Source: Vibrio phage Chester. From it: a stretch of DNA of 40,000 bases. The stretch is taken from the sequence record MN966732.1; one strand, written 5' to 3'. Shown in pieces: positions 33,590-40,000 of the stretch (the first letter of the stretch is position 1; every line of letters starts with the position of its first letter). Both the position numbers and the translations under genes were made by a program. Under the pieces are notes generated by a model that saw only the letters and a list, made by a program, of their open reading frames with translations, was not told the origin of the DNA and made no database searches.

Positions 33590-34261
33590 ATGAACAAAAT
33601 GAATCTTTTAGCCTCTCTATATGCTTTATTGCAGGATATAAAAGATCCAAAAACTCTGTTAATGAGAGTAATTTCTATTTTTATTCTCTTGGTTAGCTAT
33701 CTAATAGTAACCAATCAGAGCACCTTCTTTGACTTTGCAAAAAACTTTTCTAGAACTACCGTCGTAGAGCAAGTACAGGCTGAAAGAGTAGCGCAATATC
33801 CTAGGGTTGCCAAGGAGAAAGCTTCAATGCTATACGTGCAAGCTAACTCTGATGCTGTATTTATCGCAGAATATACGCCTAAGTTTATTAATAACTATCA
33901 GGATATTATAGCTTGGGAAGGTAGAATAAACGTAGATCCGTCTAAACTAAGAAAAGCAGTTATTGATAAATCAAGCACCACTTACCAAAATCATTTGGTT
34001 GGTCGCAATGAGGTAGTAACCTTTGAAAATAACTCACCAATACGTGGGGCATTTGTAACTAATGGACTAGAGTATGAATCTCTAGGAATAAAATATATGT
34101 ACACTTGTCCTATATTCAACCAGGCTAATAGCTACTCTGGTTATATTGGTATAGCATGGGCGGATAAACCGTTTGAAGATAAAAACGAAAAGGCTCTATT
34201 GGAAGCATACCTAGAAAGAGTATGTAATCCACAAGCAAGGGCACTGGGGAGATCTAAGTAA
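33590..34261 (+). CDS. T4 gpt-like holin
   Basis: One N-terminal TM helix plus periplasmic domain; FIAEYTPKFINNYQDIIAWEG, YMYTCPIFNQANSYSGYIGIAW, C-term ARALGRSK (T4 gpt ends ARILGRAK). Confidence 0.85.
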   Translation: MNKMNLLASLYALLQDIKDPKTLLMRVISIFILLVSYLIVTNQSTFFDFAKNFSRTTVVEQVQAERVAQYPRVAKEKASMLYVQANSDAVFIAEYTPKFINNYQDIIAWEGRINVDPSKLRKAVIDKSSTTYQNHLVGRNEVVTFENNSPIRGAFVTNGLEYESLGIKYMYTCPIFNQANSYSGYIGIAWADKPFEDKNEKALLEAYLERVCNPQARALGRSK

Positions 34262-34262
34262 T

Positions 34263-34652
34263 ATGGGTTGGTCATTACCTTTCGGAAAACTATGGACTGG
34301 ATTCAGTCGTAAAGAGTTTGCATGTAAATGTGGTTGTGGTTACGATACTGTAGACGCTGAATTACTAGCTGTACTCAAGAAGTTGAAAAAACACTTCAAG
34401 AATAAAGTGGTATTTATTGATAGTGGTTGCAGATGCGTACAACATAACAAGAAAATCGGGGGTACTCCTAAGTCTAGTCATTTATCTGGTAGGGCAGCAG
34501 ATATTAGAGTAGCTGGGGTATTTCCAGATATGGTAGCGGAGTATTTATTGGAAACATATCCCGATAAATATGGTATTGGACGATACCGATCATTTACGCA
34601 TATTGATACTAGAAAAGGAAAAGCACGTTGGGATAACCGTGCTAAACTGTAA
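34263..34652 (+). CDS. Endolysin, peptidase M15 family
   Basis: DSGCRCVQHNKKIGGTPKSSHLSGRAADIRV; FTHIDTRKGKARW. Confidence 0.92.
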   Translation: MGWSLPFGKLWTGFSRKEFACKCGCGYDTVDAELLAVLKKLKKHFKNKVVFIDSGCRCVQHNKKIGGTPKSSHLSGRAADIRVAGVFPDMVAEYLLETYPDKYGIGRYRSFTHIDTRKGKARWDNRAKL

Positions 34653-34655
34653 TCT

Positions 34656-34680
34656 ATGGGAGCTTCGGCTCCCATTTTTA
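34656..34680 (+). terminator. Rho-independent terminator
   Basis: TGGGAGC-TTCG-GCTCCCA-TTTTTA. Confidence 0.92.
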
Positions 34681-34689
34681 TTTTTTGAA

Positions 34690-34718
34690 TTGTCAACTTA
34701 CAAAAATTTTCATATAAT
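34690..34718 (+). promoter_or_regulatory. Promoter TTGTCA-17-TATAAT
   Basis: -35/-10 match. Confidence 0.7.
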
Positions 34719-34742
34719 ATATAAAGAAATTAAGGAGAGCTT

Positions 34743-35204
34743 ATGAAGATTGAAAAATTAGAACATCTACTGGCAACAGCAGAACAATGGGCAAAAGACC
34801 TACATTACGGACAAACCTACGCTTTTGGTGATGATTACTTTGAGGCTCACATCAAAGAAGTAGAGAAGACGGTAATTGAACTTACTCGTAGCGATTCGTA
34901 TACACGAACAGATCGTTACCTAGCACGAATTGTAGCATTCCTGCATGATGCTGTGGAAGATACAGATTGCACTATCGCAGAGATTCAACGCACATTTGGT
35001 ACTCGTATTGCACAGTGTGTAATGAACCTAACCAAAGTAGATAAAGAGTCTTGGGAATCGCAATGGTCTAGAGCTACACGTGACCCTATCTCTCTGGTAG
35101 GTAAGAAAGCAGACATAATGGTTAACCTTCGAGTTTCTTTAGCAAACAACCGTGTAAACCTGATTGAAAAATACACAACAGGCTTACGTTATTTATCTCT
35201 TTAA
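34743..35204 (+). CDS. MESH1/SpoT-like HD-domain (p)ppGpp hydrolase candidate
   Basis: AKDLHYGQTYAFGDDYFEAHIKEV, ARIVAFLHDAVEDTDCTIAEIQRTFG, VMNLTKVDK, KKADIMVNLR. Confidence 0.78.
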   Translation: MKIEKLEHLLATAEQWAKDLHYGQTYAFGDDYFEAHIKEVEKTVIELTRSDSYTRTDRYLARIVAFLHDAVEDTDCTIAEIQRTFGTRIAQCVMNLTKVDKESWESQWSRATRDPISLVGKKADIMVNLRVSLANNRVNLIEKYTTGLRYLSL

Positions 35205-35233
35205 TTGCTAAACATCGTTAAATAACGTATAAT
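35205..35233 (+). promoter_or_regulatory. Promoter TTGCTA-17-TATAAT
   Basis: Leader AGTTACATAAAGTTGAGAAATGGAGAT. Confidence 0.8.
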
Positions 35234-35264
35234 AGTTACATAAAGTTGAGAAATGGAGATTGTC

Positions 35265-36305
35265 TTGAACATTTTCGTATTAGACCTAGACCCCAAGCTA
35301 GCAGCACAGTATCACTGTGATAAGCACATTATTTCTCAAATGAAAGAAAGTGTACAGATGTTATGTACGGCTATGATTCATTGGGGCAATAAACCACCAC
35401 TTAATAAATCTGGTGAGCCATATAAGAAAGCTCACGAAAACCATCCGTGTACTAAATGGGTACGCGACGGTATTGACAACTATCAATGGTTATGGGATTT
35501 GACTTATGCGCTTGTCGAAGAAGCTGAGTATCGTTTTGGTAATACATACCATATTGCAAGTATTATACGTGATGGCTCACTACCTCGCTTACCAGAGCAG
35601 CACCCCACACCCCGTACTCGCACACCTTTCGCTAATGCTACAGCAGATTGGCTTAAGTCTAGTGACAATTGGGAGAATAAGTCGTCTTTCGTGACGCTTA
35701 ACGCTGTTGATATTTATCGTCTTTACTACATTGTAGATAAGATGCACATGACAGCAGTTGATATGGGTGAGCAAAACCTACACTGGCAATCTAAGCATAC
35801 TCTAGGTGAAGAGTTCACTGAGTATTCTATTTGGACTAAACGTGGAGCACCAGAATTTATGAGTGATCGTTTCTATGCACAGCAATGTGAATACTTTGGT
35901 ATCAAACCAGCACAGCTTATTCATATGGGTCGTTACCCAGATTCAGACGAAGCCAAGAAGCTAAAAGCTAAGATGTATCGTAAACTTGGTAAAAAGTCTA
36001 CAGGTACAGTGGCTAACGCTAAAGCTAAGAAAACAACCAAAGCAGATGTGCTAGTAGACGTTCGTGAGCTTATGGGTCACGAGGGTATGGATTGCCTACT
36101 TAAACTAACGCTACCTGACTTACAGAAACTTAAGTTAGCACTTGTTGCTATGCACGAGAACCAAGTAGAATGTCCAGATATGCCAACTGGTCGTACGAAA
36201 GCGCCATTTATTACAGCGTTAAATACGTTTTTCAATAGCGATATTGACTTCGCTAAAATGACTATCGCAGGTCTTAAAGAAGTTCTTGAGCACTTCGGTG
36301 CTTAA
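35265..36305 (+). CDS. Conserved phage protein of unknown function, TTG start
   Basis: LNIFVLDLDPKLAAQYHCDKHIISQMKESVQMLCTA...HENHPCTKWVRDGIDNYQWL; GGAGAT SD before TTG. Confidence 0.8.
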   Translation: MNIFVLDLDPKLAAQYHCDKHIISQMKESVQMLCTAMIHWGNKPPLNKSGEPYKKAHENHPCTKWVRDGIDNYQWLWDLTYALVEEAEYRFGNTYHIASIIRDGSLPRLPEQHPTPRTRTPFANATADWLKSSDNWENKSSFVTLNAVDIYRLYYIVDKMHMTAVDMGEQNLHWQSKHTLGEEFTEYSIWTKRGAPEFMSDRFYAQQCEYFGIKPAQLIHMGRYPDSDEAKKLKAKMYRKLGKKSTGTVANAKAKKTTKADVLVDVRELMGHEGMDCLLKLTLPDLQKLKLALVAMHENQVECPDMPTGRTKAPFITALNTFFNSDIDFAKMTIAGLKEVLEHFGA

Positions 36306-36320
36306 TAAACAAAACTTGAT

Positions 36321-36349
36321 TTGCTTAAACATCAAAATTTTTATATAAT
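36321..36349 (+). promoter_or_regulatory. Promoter TTGCTT-17-TATAAT
   Basis: -35/-10 match. Confidence 0.75.
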
Positions 36350-36376
36350 ATACGCATAGTTTGAAAGGAGATTAGC

Positions 36377-36682
36377 ATGGCTAAAGAAGAATTTGAAAAA
36401 CCAGCAAATGACTACGATAAACCTGAGCTTGTGTACGCAGTTACTTTACTGCTTAACCTACACGACATGCCTCAAGAAGTAAACAAGCTTTCTAAAAAGG
36501 CTCTATGGCGTATTTATGATGCGTTCCAAGAACGTGGTAATGCATTTGCAAACATCGAAGACGACCTTCGAAAAGCAGAACGAGAACGTAACGAATGGCA
36601 AACTCGTGCAGTAGTTGCAGAGCGTAAAGTTAAGAAAATGGAAGGAGCACGACATGGTAAGCGTACCAAGCCACGTAAATAA
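36377..36682 (+). CDS. Hypothetical protein
   Basis: ORF with SD after promoter. Confidence 0.75.
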   Translation: MAKEEFEKPANDYDKPELVYAVTLLLNLHDMPQEVNKLSKKALWRIYDAFQERGNAFANIEDDLRKAERERNEWQTRAVVAERKVKKMEGARHGKRTKPRK

Positions 36683-36854
36683 CACTCTACCACCAGTAGA
36701 CTTATTTATCTATGTTAAGGTAGAGGGCGAGTTCAAGCGTGTAAAACGTAAAACTTGGGCTTCGTCTAATAATCCAAACCATATTGAAGTCTTCGATGAA
36801 GAAGACAATTCTTACCTAGTTAAGATGGAGAAAGTACAATGGTTCTATCCTTAG
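36654..36854 (+). CDS. Hypothetical protein
   Basis: ORF from 36615 trimmed to ATG 36654, AAGGAG upstream. Confidence 0.6.
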   Translation: MVSVPSHVNNTLPPVDLFIYVKVEGEFKRVKRKTWASSNNPNHIEVFDEEDNSYLVKMEKVQWFYP

Positions 36855-37033
36855 AGACAACTTTACTAGTAGTTGGTACAGTAGCTACTGTAGCCAACAC
36901 GCTAACTAACGGCTTTACAGCAGACTTATATAATAGTGTGTGTATCTTATTCGCTATCTGGGATATGAACAGATGGCTAGACGAAGGTTGGACTACTTCT
37001 AGCCTACGTAAATACTTCTTTGGAGACAAGTAG
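36839..37033 (+). CDS. Hypothetical membrane protein
   Basis: Hydrophobic N-terminus; overlaps neighbours. Confidence 0.6.
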   Translation: MVLSLETTLLVVGTVATVANTLTNGFTADLYNSVCILFAIWDMNRWLDEGWTTSSLRKYFFGDK

Positions 37034-37404
37034 TGTCAACAGAATTAAAGGACTTTTTGGTAGAAAAGATTCTACCCCATTACTGTGAGGAGACTAATTC
37101 GTTCTCCCCGCAAATTCAGGAAGAATATCTGACCAAGGAAGGTTGGCTAGATAAAACTTACATATGTAAAAGCTTAAAGCTACATATGTCAACCGCTACT
37201 TTTCGTAAAGTAGTGAAACATGTATTTGATGAAGCACAATTCATCCAGATGCCGACGGAAACCGAACTAACAAAAGAAGAGTTCCTAGAACATTATGAGT
37301 TCGAGAAATTCCCATTCGGTCGTGGTTGGATTGGCTACATGTACGTACTAACTGGTAAGGTGGTTAAACGTGAAGATGTATTTAAGTGGATTTGCAGTAT
37401 TTAG
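37033..37404 (+). CDS. Hypothetical protein, GTG start
   Basis: TTTGGAGA SD upstream. Confidence 0.7.
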   Translation: MSTELKDFLVEKILPHYCEETNSFSPQIQEEYLTKEGWLDKTYICKSLKLHMSTATFRKVVKHVFDEAQFIQMPTETELTKEEFLEHYEFEKFPFGRGWIGYMYVLTGKVVKREDVFKWICSI

Positions 37405-37621
37405 CCTCTGTGTATCTAGTTTCTTTGCAGGAGCTTATGTACAACGCTTACGACTAGAGGCGGAGAAACCCGCATTCCCATTACGGGCAATTCAAGCGAC
37501 GTGTACAAAAACAAACGACTGCACAATTTTTCTATACCAGAACAAACCAGAGATTCAATCCGTAGCTTCGGGTAAAGATCAAACGCCCATAAAGGCAAAA
37601 ACGGTAATAGTGAGAAACTAA
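37370..37621 (+). CDS. Hypothetical small membrane/secreted protein
   Basis: N-terminal TM segment; start may be 37376. Confidence 0.6.
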   Translation: MKMYLSGFAVFSLCVSSFFAGAYVQRLRLEAEKPAFPLRAIQATCTKTNDCTIFLYQNKPEIQSVASGKDQTPIKAKTVIVRN

Positions 37622-37622
37622 T

Positions 37623-37946
37623 ATGAAGATTATAGTACCGCAAGACCAAATTGATACTCTAATGACTAGAGAAGATTTTATCAAGCGAGTAGAAGAGTGT
37701 GTTAACTCTGAAAACCTTCGCCTAGTTGGAATCACTCTATTCAACATCACCAATATCAATGCAAAAGCAGGTTCACATATCTTGCAAGCACTAGCGTTGC
37801 TAAAACCTATTGCACTCGAAAATCCTGAGCTTGCTGCAAAAATCAACAGAGAGCTAGTAGCTGCTTCTGATACTTTGAAACAGCTTACTCAGCATTTCGA
37901 AATCGAAAAAGCAATGGGAGAGAAGCTCCATGAAACACAACATTAA
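37623..37946 (+). CDS. Hypothetical protein
   Basis: ORF immediately after upstream stop. Confidence 0.7.
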   Translation: MKIIVPQDQIDTLMTREDFIKRVEECVNSENLRLVGITLFNITNINAKAGSHILQALALLKPIALENPELAAKINRELVAASDTLKQLTQHFEIEKAMGEKLHETQH

Positions 37947-38145
37947 TTTACCTGAAATTAACAAGTTTTTGGACACTACCCATGAAAAGAATCTAGAAAG
38001 GCTACGCGCTAAGTTAGCTAAAGGTGAGTGGCATTGGTTATTCCCAGATAATTGGGTTAACGATGCCACCAATCGTAACGTACTATTCCACGCTATCAAC
38101 GCTAAACTAATGCCTAAGCCTAAGTTCTTCGGGAGCGCCAGTTAA
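37930..38145 (+). CDS. Hypothetical protein
   Basis: ORF overlapping upstream gene. Confidence 0.65.
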   Translation: MKHNINLPEINKFLDTTHEKNLERLRAKLAKGEWHWLFPDNWVNDATNRNVLFHAINAKLMPKPKFFGSAS

Positions 38146-38147
38146 AA

Positions 38148-38312
38148 ATGAGTTGGATAGGCATAACAGCCCTGGTGTCGCTATTTGTAGTCTTTGCGGC
38201 ACTTATTAGCGCGTATAGCAGAGGGTATGCTGTAGGCTACAAGGATGGTGAGGAATCAGGGCAAGTATTAAGTTCACTGGAGTCTCTCAAGCCAGTGGAG
38301 GAGAAAAAATGA
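38148..38312 (+). CDS. 54-aa membrane protein missed by the ORF track
   Basis: MSWIGITALVSLFVVFAALISAYSRGYAVGYKDGEESGQVLSSLESLKPVEEKK; ATGA overlap with the next gene. Confidence 0.65.
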   Translation: MSWIGITALVSLFVVFAALISAYSRGYAVGYKDGEESGQVLSSLESLKPVEEKK

Positions 38313-38623
38313 AAGGCTCAATGAAACTTAAATTCGACCTAGGTTGGGTTTTCTCTGTAACACTTGCGGTAGGTGTAATCATGTTCGGGGCTGCTAGGCT
38401 TAGTCTGGCAATGGAAGCACAAGAACGTCTAGCAACCTCGTGTCAATTGTTCGAAGAAAGTTTATATGATGCTCTAGAGAAAGATCCAGGTGAGAAGCGT
38501 GGTATAATAACCGCACGTTGTATTAATGAGTATAAAAAGCCTACTTTGGCAATAGCTCTAGATACAGATAAGTGGTCTTACCAAGAAATTTACGCTAAAG
38601 CGGTAAGAACTTTAAAGATGTAA
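38309..38623 (+). CDS. Hypothetical membrane protein
   Basis: N-terminal TM segment; GGAGGAG upstream. Confidence 0.7.
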   Translation: MKGSMKLKFDLGWVFSVTLAVGVIMFGAARLSLAMEAQERLATSCQLFEESLYDALEKDPGEKRGIITARCINEYKKPTLAIALDTDKWSYQEIYAKAVRTLKM

Positions 38624-38652
38624 TTGCTAAACAACCTGAAATTCTCTATAAT
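38624..38652 (+). promoter_or_regulatory. Promoter TTGCTA-17-TATAAT
   Basis: -35/-10 match. Confidence 0.75.
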
Positions 38653-38684
38653 ATATACATAAATTAAAGAGAAGGAAGATTAAA

Positions 38685-39923
38685 ATGTTAAATAAAGATA
38701 TGAATGGCAAGATGCTCTCTAAGGAGATGGCAGTTGCCCTAGGCAAAGCCAAGCCTCTTCTTGAGCCTATCCGCCATCTATTACGTGCTAACCGCGCGGC
38801 CATCTTTGAAGCATCTCGTGCAATTATCAGTGTACCACGCAGTTACGGTACATACTGTGATTGGGCAGTACAAAAGCCTAGTAAGCATGGTTTCAAGTTC
38901 GATGCTAGATTCGACTTCTGGGCTGAAACTAAGAAAGGTATGGAAGGCGTGGCTTTCATCAACAACTATGGTGAAGTGTTTATGCCTATATATCGAGATG
39001 GCTATGTAGTATATGCAGTACACCTAGCATCAGGTAGAAAACATGCACTGGACATAGAGCACCTAATGCCTCTGTTCCCACGCGCAGTGTGCCAAACACT
39101 AAACAAAGAACAGAAGCGTATGTTCAATGACTTCCAAGACCAAATCTCGAATGTCTGTGATGCTCGTACAGACTGGTTAAACGGAAAAGGTACTTATACT
39201 CAGGGTCAACTAGACCAAGATTACACAGGCAGCCTAACTCATTGTGAGCAGGAAGCAATTTCAGAATTGGATGATGATATGGGATATACAACTTGTGACT
39301 ACGACAACTCTTGGGCAACTGTGGGTCGTCGCGGAATGGGTGGGGGTATTAAAGATAAGAAACCAAACCCTTGGGCAACTCGCACTCCGGAAGGTAAGCA
39401 GTTCATCACAAAAGAAATGCTTGAAAAAGCAATGGTAAAAGAATCAGTTCTAAACGCACAAACTATTAAATCAGAAAAAGGTACAGAAGATATGACTAAA
39501 GCAACTCAAGTAAAAACTGGCATGATCAACGTAAACAAAGAAGCTCTTAAACAAGTAGGTTACTTGAACGCAGGTCGTGCTTCAAACAAACTAATCAAAG
39601 AATCGGTTCGTCCACTATTGAACGTAATGTTCAAACCAACCTTTATGCAGAAAATCGCTATGAAGCTATTTAAAATGGAAAACCCAGTGGACGTAGCACT
39701 AAAATCAGGTCTATCTGACTTGCTATGTGCTCAAATGGTTCAAGCAATCGTGGAAATCAAGGGTGTAGAAAACGAATACGTTCGTGAAGTAACTCAAGCA
39801 GGTATCACTCAAGCTGGTTACGAACTATCTAAGTCTATCCCATTCGAAGATGCTATCGACAAAGTGGTTGCAAACCTAGAGAAAGGTGCTGAAGGCATCG
39901 TGGCAAAAATCTCTAAAAAATAA
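38685..39923 (+). CDS. Hypothetical protein (412 aa)
   Basis: Long ORF behind promoter; no family recognised. Confidence 0.8.
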   Translation: MLNKDMNGKMLSKEMAVALGKAKPLLEPIRHLLRANRAAIFEASRAIISVPRSYGTYCDWAVQKPSKHGFKFDARFDFWAETKKGMEGVAFINNYGEVFMPIYRDGYVVYAVHLASGRKHALDIEHLMPLFPRAVCQTLNKEQKRMFNDFQDQISNVCDARTDWLNGKGTYTQGQLDQDYTGSLTHCEQEAISELDDDMGYTTCDYDNSWATVGRRGMGGGIKDKKPNPWATRTPEGKQFITKEMLEKAMVKESVLNAQTIKSEKGTEDMTKATQVKTGMINVNKEALKQVGYLNAGRASNKLIKESVRPLLNVMFKPTFMQKIAMKLFKMENPVDVALKSGLSDLLCAQMVQAIVEIKGVENEYVREVTQAGITQAGYELSKSIPFEDAIDKVVANLEKGAEGIVAKISKK

Positions 39924-40000
39924 TTGCTAAAGCAGGTAGAGCATCAGTAACACTACGAGTTAAGTAATAACTACATAATTGGCTACCTTCGGGTAGCCTT

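Overview
This 40 kb window is part of a large tailed-phage genome. The gene content (class Ia and class III ribonucleotide reductases, RNase H, dNMP kinase, T4 gpt-like holin, M15 endolysin, spanins, large tRNA array) resembles T5-like phages of Gammaproteobacteria; that placement is inference. Main contents: (1) a left-edge minus-strand primase/polymerase-like gene running off the window, then a divergent promoter region; (2) nrdD - glutaredoxin - nrdB - nrdA - nrdG; (3) small early-type genes including NADAR/YbiA-like, RNase HI and a DnaQ-fold exonuclease; (4) a roughly 10.6 kb tRNA region (13.06-23.71 kb) in which I read 25 tRNAs covering all 20 amino acids, interleaved with small ORFs, a PD-(D/E)XK homing-endonuclease-like gene and several long structured non-coding stretches; (5) YqeY-like, SPFH/flotillin-like, nucleoside deoxyribosyltransferase-like and PnuC-like proteins; (6) DUF4326-like, spanin pair, dNMP kinase; (7) two large fibre-like genes followed by a cassette of exported proteins whose first two members resemble a spore-coat-U/Csu-type pilin and a one-domain PapD-like chaperone; (8) holin and endolysin; (9) a MESH1/SpoT-like HD hydrolase and more small genes. 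A stereotyped promoter (TTGCTA-17 bp-TATAAT plus a repeated leader) recurs across the early-type regions. Best novelty candidates: the structured RNAs inside the tRNA array (especially a pseudoknot abutting tRNA-His with mutually exclusive pairing), tRNAs with abnormal long variable arms, and the pilin/chaperone-like exported cassette. Everything was read by eye; no searches or folding programs were run.
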